From positions 342 through 64,341 of the IMG/VR virus record IMGVR_UViG_3300032225_000329: a stretch of DNA of 64,000 nt; one strand, 5' to 3'. The notes under the pieces are model-generated. The model was not told the DNA's origin and ran no database searches. It worked only from the letters and a program-made list of their open reading frames with translations. This document shows positions 33,333 through 42,857 of the stretch, one piece after another; within the stretch, counting starts at the first letter, position 1; each line of letters begins with the position of its first letter. The translations under genes were made by a program, and so were the position numbers. The DNA comes from a virus (lineage: Duplodnaviria > Caudoviricetes).

Positions 33333-35998
33333 TATTTAATCCCGGCAGCAGTTTTAAATTTTTGAGCAGCTTCAGCATTAGGGAAAGAATATGTTTTGCC
33401 ATCAGCAGTTGTTACGCTAGTACCGCCCCCAGTTGGACTCGCCGAAGGAGTAGTATCTAAACCTTTTGCACGACTGTAAGATTCTTTTAATGCTGCCTTA
33501 AGGTCTTCTTCTTGTTTCTTTAGACGATTATAGTCTCTTTCAACAGCTTTAAACCCTTCAGGCGCAAGCGCTTTCATACTCTCATAATTAGAAAGTTTTT
33601 TACCTTCTTCAGATTTAGCAAAGTTTTCTAATGCCGCTCTAGCTAGTTGCGTTTGTTTAGTATCAAGTTTCTCTTCGTTTAAATTACTGCCCTTACCAAT
33701 CCTAGCGGCTTCTAACGTAAGTTTTCTTTCTTGTTCACGTTCTTTAGCTTTAAGTTTAGTTTCAGCCGCGCCTACTTTACGTGTGTATTCTTTTTCTTCT
33801 AAACCACGATAGTCATCTGCTATTTGATTACGTATGTTCATAACAGAGTCAAACGCTTGTCTATGGTGTTCTCTAGCTTCTTTAACCATACCAGCGCTTT
33901 CTAAGTATGAAGAACGATCTAATTCATACAAAGATTTTCTAAGCTCATTCTGCATCTTCTTGCGTTTAGATTCATCCGCAATCGTGTCGTCAATATAACC
34001 GGTAAGTGCTTGCAAACCTACTTTAAGTATAGGCCCCGGAGTAGAACCAAAGACAGCCCATGCTTGCGCTTGGCGCATTCTAGATTCGTCCTTAGACTCA
34101 TTTGCACTAGCCTTTATTTGCTCCACAAAAGAATTACGTAGGGCTTCAGTATGTTTATCATCAATGCCAAGGTCTTTATTGGTTTGACGCATTTCGGCAA
34201 CGCGTGTCGCAATACTTTTATCTGCTTCAGCTTGGAGTGCTGGTAATGCTTTTTGCCGTTCAGCTAATTGTTTTTTAGTTTCACTAAACGCACCTTCCCC
34301 CGCCGCTTTTACAGCCTCATCGTACTCTGTGTACATGTCCTTAGATTTAGGCGCGGCGTCTACAGCTTTCTTTTTAGCTTTTTCTGTAGGGGTGCCTGAC
34401 TTCTTTTCTGCGCCTATGTCTTCTCTAATAGGGTAAGAATTATCTTTAAACGGATTATCTACTTCGTCAATTGCTTTTTTACTTCCTTCAGCAAACGCAA
34501 TCATCCCGCCGCCAGCCGCAGTCACAACCCCACTACGAGTATTAGCGCGGCGTTGAGCCTCCGCTTGCATGATGCCCATAGTTGCAGGGTCGGTTTGTTG
34601 GTTAGCAAGTTTCTGTTGTAGCTGTGGGTCAGAAAGCCTTTTAGCCATGCTTGGCAGCTGGTATGGGTTAACGCCAGACTCAATACCGCCAGTAATCTGA
34701 GGCACAGCACCGCCATCAGCCATCTTAATTACGCCACCATCTTTCTTACCCACCTGACCCATGTTGTACAACGCGCCAGCCGTACCGACTAGCTGTTGAA
34801 TGCCCATAGGCTGCGCCTGATACATACTAGTGTTACCAGCTTGCATAGGCAGACCACGCAGCATATTGGACATAATGCCAAGCTGCATATACGGATACTG
34901 TTGTTGTGTAGCGTAGTTCTGAATCTGCTGATTAATAATCGCTTGTTGCTGAGCCTGTTCTTTAGCACCCAAATCTGACATGGCTTGAATAGTGCCCATG
35001 TCTTGTGCGTATTGTTGTTGACCCATGTTGCCAAGCAGTTGAGCAGCTTGCAGTGTTTGACCGTAGCCTTGAAGACCTAGGTTTGCACCAAACTGACGTG
35101 ACGCTTCTTGAGCGTTCTGCGCTTGCAACTGAGCTTGTTGGTTCTGTATTGCAGCGTTGAGGTTAGCGCCTTGGTTAGCTTGTTGTGCTTGGAGATACGC
35201 AGCTTGCTCTGCGTTAAACTGTTGTTGTCCTGCACCGTATGCTTGTTGTAACCCTTGACCCTGAATATCGCCAAGTTGTGTAGCCAAGTTACGACGACGC
35301 TCAGCTTCCATAATAGCTTGACGCGAACCACCATAAGCACCTTGACCTACTGCTTGTGCTTGCAACTGGTTTCTTTGTATCTCACCTTGACGCATCGCTT
35401 CGCGTTGCTGGGTGTTAACTACGTTCTGCATGTACGGAGACATGTATGCTTGAGACACATACGGAGCGGTAAACGAATCTGTTCGCACTTGTTGTGGAGC
35501 GCCAAGTTGAAAACGCTCAGCGCGCAGTGGAGAATAAACACCACCAAGTGCGGACTTACCTGCTACGCTGCCAGCAATCTGACTAGCAGCATCGGTTTGT
35601 TGGGGCGCTACGTATTGGTTAATCCCTGAAGTCGCAGCTTGCTGACCAAAAGACTGCGGAGCCACAGCCGCTTGCGCTTGTTGTAAAGCGTTGTTTGTAT
35701 ATACTATGTTGCCTTGCGCGTCTTTAAGTGGGTTACCTTGCGCGTCTTTTGCATAGGTAGAACCATACGGCATATAAGCGTTAAAGCCTGTAGGTTGGAA
35801 ATTCTGTCCCGACCCTGTGCCTGTAAATATTTGTTTCTGCGTAGCGCCAAGCATTTGCTCAACATAAGGCTTAGCGTACTCAGGAATGTTGGTAGTGTAT
35901 GTTGTACCAGTAGACGTAGTCTGACCGCCGCCGCCACCGCCGGGATAGAGTCTATTATTACCGTTTATATAGCCGTTAAATTTATTGCGGATAATCAT
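33332..35998 (-). CDS. Putative internal virion/ejection protein
   Basis: 888 aa; GGGGGGQTTS..TNIPEYAKPY, Q/A-rich region, coiled-coil C-terminus; position between nozzle and polyvalent protein. Confidence 0.7.
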   Translation of the reverse strand: MIIRNKFNGYINGNNRLYPGGGGGGQTTSTGTTYTTNIPEYAKPYVEQMLGATQKQIFTGTGSGQNFQPTGFNAYMPYGSTYAKDAQGNPLKDAQGNIVYTNNALQQAQAAVAPQSFGQQAATSGINQYVAPQQTDAASQIAGSVAGKSALGGVYSPLRAERFQLGAPQQVRTDSFTAPYVSQAYMSPYMQNVVNTQQREAMRQGEIQRNQLQAQAVGQGAYGGSRQAIMEAERRRNLATQLGDIQGQGLQQAYGAGQQQFNAEQAAYLQAQQANQGANLNAAIQNQQAQLQAQNAQEASRQFGANLGLQGYGQTLQAAQLLGNMGQQQYAQDMGTIQAMSDLGAKEQAQQQAIINQQIQNYATQQQYPYMQLGIMSNMLRGLPMQAGNTSMYQAQPMGIQQLVGTAGALYNMGQVGKKDGGVIKMADGGAVPQITGGIESGVNPYQLPSMAKRLSDPQLQQKLANQQTDPATMGIMQAEAQRRANTRSGVVTAAGGGMIAFAEGSKKAIDEVDNPFKDNSYPIREDIGAEKKSGTPTEKAKKKAVDAAPKSKDMYTEYDEAVKAAGEGAFSETKKQLAERQKALPALQAEADKSIATRVAEMRQTNKDLGIDDKHTEALRNSFVEQIKASANESKDESRMRQAQAWAVFGSTPGPILKVGLQALTGYIDDTIADESKRKKMQNELRKSLYELDRSSYLESAGMVKEAREHHRQAFDSVMNIRNQIADDYRGLEEKEYTRKVGAAETKLKAKEREQERKLTLEAARIGKGSNLNEEKLDTKQTQLARAALENFAKSEEGKKLSNYESMKALAPEGFKAVERDYNRLKKQEEDLKAALKESYSRAKGLDTTPSASPTGGGTSVTTADGKTYSFPNAEAAQKFKTAAGIK

Positions 35999-36402
35999 AA
36001 TTTTTCCCTCATCACCTGATGGGTGTTGGTCATGCCCATTTTTTCATACATCTGGACTAGAGTTCCTTTAGCCCAACACTGTGCAGTAGTAGCGCCCATA
36101 GAGCGCATCCAATCTTTAGCTTCATTAAACACATGGGTTCGCACTACACCTTTGCCACCCATTAAATTCACATGTGCTACGCGTTCACGCGGGTAGTCAA
36201 TAATATCTACAGTCACCGCTCCGGTTATGCCTTCTTCCGGTTCATCCCACACTAACAAAAATGTACGCCCTGTGCGTACCGCATATTCAACCTGTTCTAT
36301 AGTTATTAGATCAGGGTCAAGGTCAATCGCTCTTTGCAGCATCGGCGCGGCGACAGGCCATATTTGTGGTAGTAAGTTAGCTGGTACTTGATATAGAGCC
36401 AT
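35995..36402 (-). CDS. GNAT-fold protein (P22 gp14/T7 gp13-like position)
   Basis: GITGAVTV..., VAHVNLMGGKG, LVQMYEKMGM; alternating beta/alpha GNAT pattern. Confidence 0.55.
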   Translation of the reverse strand: MALYQVPANLLPQIWPVAAPMLQRAIDLDPDLITIEQVEYAVRTGRTFLLVWDEPEEGITGAVTVDIIDYPRERVAHVNLMGGKGVVRTHVFNEAKDWMRSMGATTAQCWAKGTLVQMYEKMGMTNTHQVMREKL

Positions 36403-36404
36403 AG

Positions 36405-37970
36405 TTATGCAGGTAAATGTTTTTTGGCTTTAGAGTCAACAGCTACCTTGCCTTTACCTACAGACTTGCGACGACCTTTTTGAATACGTTCCATCATGGC
36501 GTAGAGTTGTCTTGCTCCTGCTTCGGTTGATCCATTTCCCAACTCTGATACGATACGTGCAGGCACCACGAACTCACCATCAGCAAGACGAGCGGGCTGC
36601 TTATTACCAATAACAGCAGGAATAGAATCAGATACACCATCGCCCGGCCCTTTCAATAAACGTCCACCAGCAGCGTAATCAGAATAGCCACCTAAACCGT
36701 GCATGATACCGCCATTTGCTGCTGTGTAAGTAAAATCTTGGGGTATATTAGTTTTAGGCATTTCCGCTATTTTTACGCCCGCGCGTTTAGCCGCCCCTTT
36801 AAGCATACTCATAGCTGATTCATCTGGTCTGCCAGTTTTTTGTTCTAGAGTGTAGTCAAAAATACCGGGACCTTTAACTTTAGCGCCAGCGTGTTCCATA
36901 AGAGCTTCACCTTGGGCTTTACGGTCAGCTTCTTCTTTAGCTAATTGTCTTCTATATGCTGATATTTGTTCTTCTGCGGTACCGCCTATAGAAAACTTTT
37001 GTTCCCCAGTATATGGGTCAGTAGGTACGTCGCCACCCATAGTCATCATGTTCTGAGATATAGGACGCTGTTGCATAGGGTTTGCATAGTCCAAGCGCGG
37101 TATATTAGCCATTGGGTACATCGAGTTATTACCTATGGCATTCATATTAGACATAGCTTCTACGGGGCCTACGTTACCACCCTCTGCATAAGTCTTTGAA
37201 TAAAAGTTAGGAGCCGCTGCGTATTGATTAACAGGTGGCACGTCATTACCCGCACGGAAATTTTCATTAGTCCAGCTAGGTTTATATTTGTCTTTAGGTT
37301 TACCGCCAGCATTATCATTACCCAAAATTCCCAGTTTTTGGGCACCATACAAACCACCTACAACATCTAATGGATTATCTTTAGCATATTTCATGGCTTT
37401 ATTAAAGCCGTCACCCAAAGAATCAATTTCTCCAAGTATTCCTTTAGAAGCTGTTTCAGTAGGTATTTGCGATGTTGCGGCTTCGTTAAGATAATTTGTT
37501 GGTTGAGTACCGGCTGCTCGTATTTTTGACGCAAGGTCTGCCCCGGTAGTAGGAGGCCCGGGAGGTGCAGCAGGAGCCGCAGCAGGAGCAGGAGCCGCAG
37601 CAGGAGGTCCACTAACTGAAGGAGAGTAAGGGTTAGGGAACGCGTTTTCTGGCAATATTGGTTCGGCGGCTTCTCCTACGGTTTTTGCCATGTTTGCCGC
37701 TTGTGTAGAAGCTTCTACGGTGGGGGCTGCGCCCTGCATAATCCCTTGCGCGCCGCCTAATGTTTCAGGAAGAATCCCCGTAGCTTCAGGAAGAATACCA
37801 AGAGCAGGAGCAACAGCAGGAATTGCAGCTTCAGCAAGAAGAGGGGCAGCAGCTGCGCCAGCCATAGTTGTAGTAGTGCCAGCAGCCGCGATAGCGGAAA
37901 GCGTCGCAGGATCGTTGTATAAACGAACGCCATCACGACTATAACCATTGAATTTATTTGGGATCATCAT
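36405..37970 (-). CDS. Putative internal virion/ejection protein
   Basis: 521 aa; DPATL..A-rich N-terminus, conserved C-terminal KGPGDGVSDSIPA...LADGEFVVPA..VSELGNGSTEAG. Confidence 0.7.
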   Translation of the reverse strand: MMIPNKFNGYSRDGVRLYNDPATLSAIAAAGTTTTMAGAAAAPLLAEAAIPAVAPALGILPEATGILPETLGGAQGIMQGAAPTVEASTQAANMAKTVGEAAEPILPENAFPNPYSPSVSGPPAAAPAPAAAPAAPPGPPTTGADLASKIRAAGTQPTNYLNEAATSQIPTETASKGILGEIDSLGDGFNKAMKYAKDNPLDVVGGLYGAQKLGILGNDNAGGKPKDKYKPSWTNENFRAGNDVPPVNQYAAAPNFYSKTYAEGGNVGPVEAMSNMNAIGNNSMYPMANIPRLDYANPMQQRPISQNMMTMGGDVPTDPYTGEQKFSIGGTAEEQISAYRRQLAKEEADRKAQGEALMEHAGAKVKGPGIFDYTLEQKTGRPDESAMSMLKGAAKRAGVKIAEMPKTNIPQDFTYTAANGGIMHGLGGYSDYAAGGRLLKGPGDGVSDSIPAVIGNKQPARLADGEFVVPARIVSELGNGSTEAGARQLYAMMERIQKGRRKSVGKGKVAVDSKAKKHLPA

Positions 37971-38356
37971 AAGTAATTACTCCTGTCGCACCGTAACAGT
38001 ATTTTACCGTCATTTGTGCTTAATTTGACAAACCCTAAACGCTCGCAAAACCGCAGTCCAACTTGATTATCAGCGTTTATTTGGGTTACCGCAAAACCAT
38101 ATTTATCTATTACACCGCCAAGGATGGCCCGAATATACGCCCGAATACACCCAATTGGCTTAACCCCGTATCCTACATGAATCTCGTTATCTTTTACTAA
38201 CACACCACCTATAACGCGCCCTGATTCGGTCAGGGGTATAACAGTCCAATCTTTTACTGCTTCTATATACTCAACCAGCCCGATTGTTAAGCGATGCTTT
38301 ACAGACTCATACACCATAATTAAGGCGCGATCTTGCGGCGTCACCCAACTCTCCAA
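37967..38356 (-). CDS. GNAT-fold protein
   Basis: RVIGGVLVKDNEIHVG and NADNQVGLRFCERLGF (GNAT motif B). Confidence 0.7.
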   Translation of the reverse strand: MESWVTPQDRALIMVYESVKHRLTIGLVEYIEAVKDWTVIPLTESGRVIGGVLVKDNEIHVGYGVKPIGCIRAYIRAILGGVIDKYGFAVTQINADNQVGLRFCERLGFVKLSTNDGKILLRCDRSNYL

Positions 38357-38676
38357 TTAGTACCATCAAAGAACACAGGCACTTTACTAGCCCCGCCGCC
38401 AGCAACAATTGTATTAAATGTAGTTACAGATGAGTTAGTAACGAACGCTCTAGCACCTGTACTAACAGCCGCCGCAGGGGGCAAATCAGCCACAAGATAA
38501 ACAGAACCTAGCGCGAACTGACCTACAAAGTTATCTAGCTGTGTAAAGTACAGACGTAGGATGTTATTAAGCTGGTCGTGGTACTGCCGCGCGTATATAG
38601 ACGGAGGAACAGGCAACGGTGGCGCTTTTGTCCTTGTAAGGGTGGCGGACTCTGTAGTAACGACATTAGTGGTCAT
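38341..38676 (-). CDS. Small virion protein downstream of the nozzle
   Basis: PPLPVPPSIYARQYHDQLNNILRLYFTQLD; positional. Confidence 0.6.
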   Translation of the reverse strand: MTTNVVTTESATLTRTKAPPLPVPPSIYARQYHDQLNNILRLYFTQLDNFVGQFALGSVYLVADLPPAAAVSTGARAFVTNSSVTTFNTIVAGGGASKVPVFFDGTNWRVG

Positions 38677-40811
38677 CTGCGTCCATCCGGTCTTATATCT
38701 ATTCTAGGCGTGCCCAACTGCCACTGTGTGCCGATAGTATCTGAACTAACTTTAAACGCCATCTGACGACCACGCAGTCTTGTGTATACGATCTGGGTAA
38801 ATTCCTGCACCGTATAGTTACGCTGATTGGCATAAGACTGAGCTGACGCAACCGTAGGAGTATCCGCTGTGCCGTAAGGCGAGCCGGGGTTTTGGCGAGG
38901 GCGTACAGTAAATGTTACTTGCGGCGTATTAGGCGCGGGGGTAGTAGACCCATCGAACGTAATGTCAGGGATCATCCTCCACACAAACCCATAGTTGTGT
39001 CCGTCACCAATATCAAAGTCAGACGATTGTATGTATGAAGAGATAGGCAAAATATTACCTGTTGTGGTTATGTCATCCACACCGTTTTCATGAAACACCA
39101 CATTGTTGCTGTAGGTTGCAGCCATTGGGAAGTTACGTAGCGGACTATCTAACCATGCAGTGCGCCCTAAAGTGCCGTAGTACCATACTTGGTCAAGATA
39201 GTTATATATGACGTAGCGGTCAACCACAGTTGAGTTAGCCGAGCAGTAGTACCACCAGACCTCGCTGTAACCCTCGTTAGTGCCCGCAAAGAACTGCGAG
39301 CTTTGGGTTGTGTTTATGTCGCCATATACATACTGACGCAACGCGCAAGGCAGCGTCTCAACACGACCAGAGTAAGCGTAGAACTTATCCGCGCCCATCC
39401 AGTAAGTAATGTTGTTCGCTGTGGCTACCGCGTTAGGACTAATGATAGATATGTTGTCCGACAGAATATTAAAACCCCACACAAACGGAGGCCCTAAATA
39501 CTGCATGGAATACAACGCTCCATCTGTCCAGACAAGTATCTCTTGACGTGTTTGCTGCGCCGCAACAATATATGAACCCGAGCTAAGACGGTAACTACCG
39601 GCTTGGTTAGTAACGGCAGGAGTCCATGTTTGGTAACTTTCTTGATCCGACCAACGGATCAACATTGGGTCTTGAGTAGTCTGCCCGTAGTCATTTACAC
39701 CGAACCCAATAACAAACCGTGACGCATCGGACACAGTAATGAGTGACGCTACGCTTGGACAGTCGGCATCGGTTGCATACGCACCTGAACCCGAAGAGGA
39801 CAAAAGCTGCGCGCGGTTAGTAAAAGTTAAGTTGCCGCTGACGTTGTAGGTGGGTATCCACAAGTAAATAGGCCCGTTTGACGGGTTAATCAGCAGATAT
39901 TCACCGAAGTTAGCCTCAGACCACAGACGAATCTGTGTGTATGTAGTTGTAGATACAGATTGACCCCAGCCGGTAAAAGTCACCGCGTTGGAAACAGTAG
40001 CGCCTGTTGTATGGCTTGCCGCTATAGTGCCGTTGGTTCCGCGAGTACAACCTGTAAAATCTGTGCCTGTCTTACCTGAGTAAGTAATAAGCTCGCTATC
40101 AATCAGAATAGTGCCTGTTGCGCCGAAACCAGTGGTGGAGTTAACTACTATTGTAGTAGCCGAGCTGTTTATAGTGCCGTTAAGTAGCGTGGTAGCTGTA
40201 CCAAAAGCATAGCCGCCCCATAGACCAGCACCCCAACCGGTTTGATACGTAATAGTAGACGCACCACTATTTAGTTGGTACGCAGCCGATACCGAAGCCC
40301 CACCGCCCGTAGCAGTTGACGACGCGTTGCTTGATGCTGTTATGCGGTAGCTATTAGAGTCTATGTACGTAATCACGTACTCATTGTTTAGCGTTAGACC
40401 ACCTACCGCCGTTGCACCAGAGAACGTAACATAGTCACCATTATTAGCACCGTGACCCGGCGCGTTGACAGTCACCGTAGGCTGGTTAATCTGGGTTGTG
40501 AACGGGTTGTTAGGCAGCGTTGTGGTAACACGGATGGGCGTAATGTCGTTGTATACACCGCCGCTCTCTATGTAGTATTTGAGGTTAGTGCCTACGCCTA
40601 GGAGGTTATAACCCTTAAGCGTCACCCAATTCCAGAGCGAACGCGCTACACCTAGATACGTAGAGCTAGATAAAGGTGCCCAACCGCCTATTTTTTGTGG
40701 GTAGCCCGAACGAAATCTAATCTTGTCGCAATCAAACCAGCCGCCTTCATTGGCTAGAGTAGTAGATTCTCTATTGACGCCCGGACGGAGTTGTAATTTC
40801 TGTAATGGCAT
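38673..40811 (-). CDS. Tail nozzle/tubular protein B (P22 gp10-like)
   Basis: 712 aa beta-propeller-like, LIRWSDQE, LGTPRIDIRPDGRR C-terminus, position before the ejection genes. Confidence 0.75.
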   Translation of the reverse strand: MPLQKLQLRPGVNRESTTLANEGGWFDCDKIRFRSGYPQKIGGWAPLSSSTYLGVARSLWNWVTLKGYNLLGVGTNLKYYIESGGVYNDITPIRVTTTLPNNPFTTQINQPTVTVNAPGHGANNGDYVTFSGATAVGGLTLNNEYVITYIDSNSYRITASSNASSTATGGGASVSAAYQLNSGASTITYQTGWGAGLWGGYAFGTATTLLNGTINSSATTIVVNSTTGFGATGTILIDSELITYSGKTGTDFTGCTRGTNGTIAASHTTGATVSNAVTFTGWGQSVSTTTYTQIRLWSEANFGEYLLINPSNGPIYLWIPTYNVSGNLTFTNRAQLLSSSGSGAYATDADCPSVASLITVSDASRFVIGFGVNDYGQTTQDPMLIRWSDQESYQTWTPAVTNQAGSYRLSSGSYIVAAQQTRQEILVWTDGALYSMQYLGPPFVWGFNILSDNISIISPNAVATANNITYWMGADKFYAYSGRVETLPCALRQYVYGDINTTQSSQFFAGTNEGYSEVWWYYCSANSTVVDRYVIYNYLDQVWYYGTLGRTAWLDSPLRNFPMAATYSNNVVFHENGVDDITTTGNILPISSYIQSSDFDIGDGHNYGFVWRMIPDITFDGSTTPAPNTPQVTFTVRPRQNPGSPYGTADTPTVASAQSYANQRNYTVQEFTQIVYTRLRGRQMAFKVSSDTIGTQWQLGTPRIDIRPDGRR

Positions 40812-41291
40812 TTATCCACCCAAGTACAAAGCGCGTTCATCTTTACGTCTATTAAGCAATCCTTTAAGAACCTTACCTCCAGCAAAAGAATACTTTAATA
40901 GCTCATCAGCGGCACCGGCGTAATCGCCTCTATTGTGCTTCTGTCGCAGCGTGCTGCGTTGCAAAGTTCCTAAGCCTACATTGAAACTAAAACTGACTAG
41001 ACTGTCCAGCCAGCCTTGATTAGAGCCAGCAGTAGGACAATACTTAAGAACTCCACGTTCAAACCTCTCAAGGTCTTTTGCAAGTATGGCATCTACCTCA
41101 TCCATTGTAAATACACGGTTCCAACCTTCTGGGCAAGGCAAACTTAATCTGTCTTCAAACGGCACTCTTGCATGATTAGGGTCAATCACATGGCCTACGC
41201 CCACCGTCCAAAGTCGTGCCGGACAACGGTAAGGTTTATTCCTTACCCCTTCGTGGTGGGAGATTATCTTTAAAGCTTTGGGGCTTATCAT
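40812..41291 (-). CDS. Endolysin, GH24 phage lysozyme
   Basis: HEGVRNKPYRCPARLWTVGVGH (E/C/T triad spacing), SLVSFSFNVGLG, GLLNRRKDE. Confidence 0.93.
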   Translation of the reverse strand: MISPKALKIISHHEGVRNKPYRCPARLWTVGVGHVIDPNHARVPFEDRLSLPCPEGWNRVFTMDEVDAILAKDLERFERGVLKYCPTAGSNQGWLDSLVSFSFNVGLGTLQRSTLRQKHNRGDYAGAADELLKYSFAGGKVLKGLLNRRKDERALYLGG

Positions 41292-41803
41292 TTCCCAAAA
41301 GCCCGACCGCCAAAATGAAAGCTTATGATTGCAGCAAACAGCGCCTGAGTCTCGTCATCCCAAAGTTGTTCAGCTAACTGAACAAAATCTACCCCAGTTG
41401 TAAGTCCCTTGTAAGCAATCACTGCATCAATACCAACTAGTAAGAAAAAGAACCCGTAGGTAATCACAGGGCGCACTGAAGCGCGTAGGTCTTTCATCCA
41501 CTTGGATGTGCCTTCATTTAACGATATATCGTGCGCGTATATAGCATTCATCTCCGCTTTTTGTGCGTCGATTAGCGAGACTTTCTCCGCAGATTGTGTC
41601 TGGGTTTTGATCTCGTCTAACTTAATCTCTTCTATATGTTGCTGTGCTACGTATCCTGCGGCGGCTAACTGCAACTCGCGCTCTGTTTGCATTTGAGCTA
41701 GTTTTAGCTCATGGGACTTGTCTGCCTTGTCTTGGAAAAAATCTAGAATTTTGGGCAAGCCGCCCATCAAGAACGATACAAATGTTGAAAAGACTGTAAG
41801 CAT
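41288..41803 (-). CDS. Holin-like protein (3TM GTA-holin-like)
   Basis: LRASVRPVITYGFFFLLV and LFAAIISFHFGGRAF; adjacent to the endolysin. Confidence 0.7.
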   Translation of the reverse strand: MLTVFSTFVSFLMGGLPKILDFFQDKADKSHELKLAQMQTERELQLAAAGYVAQQHIEEIKLDEIKTQTQSAEKVSLIDAQKAEMNAIYAHDISLNEGTSKWMKDLRASVRPVITYGFFFLLVGIDAVIAYKGLTTGVDFVQLAEQLWDDETQALFAAIISFHFGGRAFGK

Positions 41804-42087
41804 TATTCCCCCAATAATATTTTTGCGCGTAGTTCACGCATTTTGCGTATTTCTTCCATCGCTGCTACTGTTGCATTATTCATATCCATATACATGATCC
41901 CCATGACGGGGAGCGCAATCACTAGCACAAAACACAGAACGATGACGGCGATGAGTAAAGACCACGGTACGTCACGCTCGTCCTTAGAAGTATCATCAGC
42001 CATAGAAACCACCCTGTTACGAACAGCACTGCGAAAATGGATGTCAGTTGACTTTGGATTTGTTTTCTTATCCTTGCCCGTCGCCAT
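41803..42087 (-). CDS. Small membrane protein (alternative start 42003)
   Basis: TM segment WSLLIAVIVLCFVLVIALPVMGIM; overlaps the upstream ORF. Confidence 0.6.
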   Translation of the reverse strand: MATGKDKKTNPKSTDIHFRSAVRNRVVSMADDTSKDERDVPWSLLIAVIVLCFVLVIALPVMGIMYMDMNNATVAAMEEIRKMRELRAKILLGE

Positions 42088-42533
42088 GCCGCTGTCTGTT
42101 GTTTTAATAACTCCTGACGCTGCACCTCGGCGCGTTCTTCCTTCACCCTGTCGCGCATTACTTCAAACTCAGACCATATAGCACCGAGTTCTTTTGGCGC
42201 TTGGTACACCATCATTTCGCGCAACTCGGTTTCCAACCGAATCATTTCTTTTACTGCCATGACCCTGTTAAATGCTTCCTGATTTACAGACAAATCAGGG
42301 TCACGCGTTTTCTTTACCTTTAACTCTTCTTCGTGTACGTGCTTCTCTAAAGACTCATGCGCTTTAAAAAAATTGCCAAGGTGCCCGCTTAAGTCAGCAA
42401 CGACATCCTTGGCTTGCCCGTACGCATCGACCAGCTCCATCCCCTGCGCTTTGTACTCTTGGTACATCTCACAGCCTTTGCGTATTGCAGCGGCTGCGGT
42501 TTTTGCTGCGGCTAGGAGGGTGAGCGGGTCAAT
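41922..42533 (-). CDS. Coiled-coil protein with C-terminal TM; probable ATT start
   Basis: Frame is open upstream of ATG 42467 to ATT at 42533, giving IDPLTLLAAAKTAAAAIRKGCEM. Confidence 0.65.
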   Translation of the reverse strand: MDPLTLLAAAKTAAAAIRKGCEMYQEYKAQGMELVDAYGQAKDVVADLSGHLGNFFKAHESLEKHVHEEELKVKKTRDPDLSVNQEAFNRVMAVKEMIRLETELREMMVYQAPKELGAIWSEFEVMRDRVKEERAEVQRQELLKQQTAAWRRARIRKQIQSQLTSIFAVLFVTGWFLWLMILLRTSVTYRGLYSSPSSFCVLC

Positions 42534-42536
42534 GGT

Positions 42537-42857
42537 TTAGATTGACTGCGAAGTTAAAGCGTTTAAGTCTGTGCTAGGTATAGCCGCCGAGTAATCAATT
42601 GGCGTCGCCGGTGTTTCAGAAACAGGAGCAACAAACACATCATTTGCCGCATCGTATGTGTCGCCTATACCAGCGTATTTGCCACGGAAGTTACCGTTGT
42701 AGCTCGTTTGTTTCCATGTGCCGCCTAGTACGCGCTCACAGAACGCAGCACCAATGTATTCTTTTTCAGTGCCATGAGCATCTGAAGTGTCTTTGTTGTC
42801 CACCACGATTACACGCAGTACAACATTGTTGCTATCTAACTCAGCAAAGTGCGCCAT
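42537..42857 (-). CDS. Small tail-fibre-associated protein
   Basis: MAHFAELDSNNVVLRVIVV...WKQTSYNGNFRGKYAGIG, typically found next to Gly-rich fibres. Confidence 0.75.
   Translation of the reverse strand: MAHFAELDSNNVVLRVIVVDNKDTSDAHGTEKEYIGAAFCERVLGGTWKQTSYNGNFRGKYAGIGDTYDAANDVFVAPVSETPATPIDYSAAIPSTDLNALTSQSI

Noticed and set aside
40812-41291. Cys in place of the catalytic Asp as a sign of an inactive endolysin
   Set aside because: The E-x8-C-x5-T variant is common among functional GH24 phage lysozymes.
42534-42539. Stop-codon readthrough or an alternative genetic code
   Set aside because: All large genes are intact under code 11 and end in TAA, TAG or TGA. The single in-frame TAA junction is better explained by a non-canonical start.
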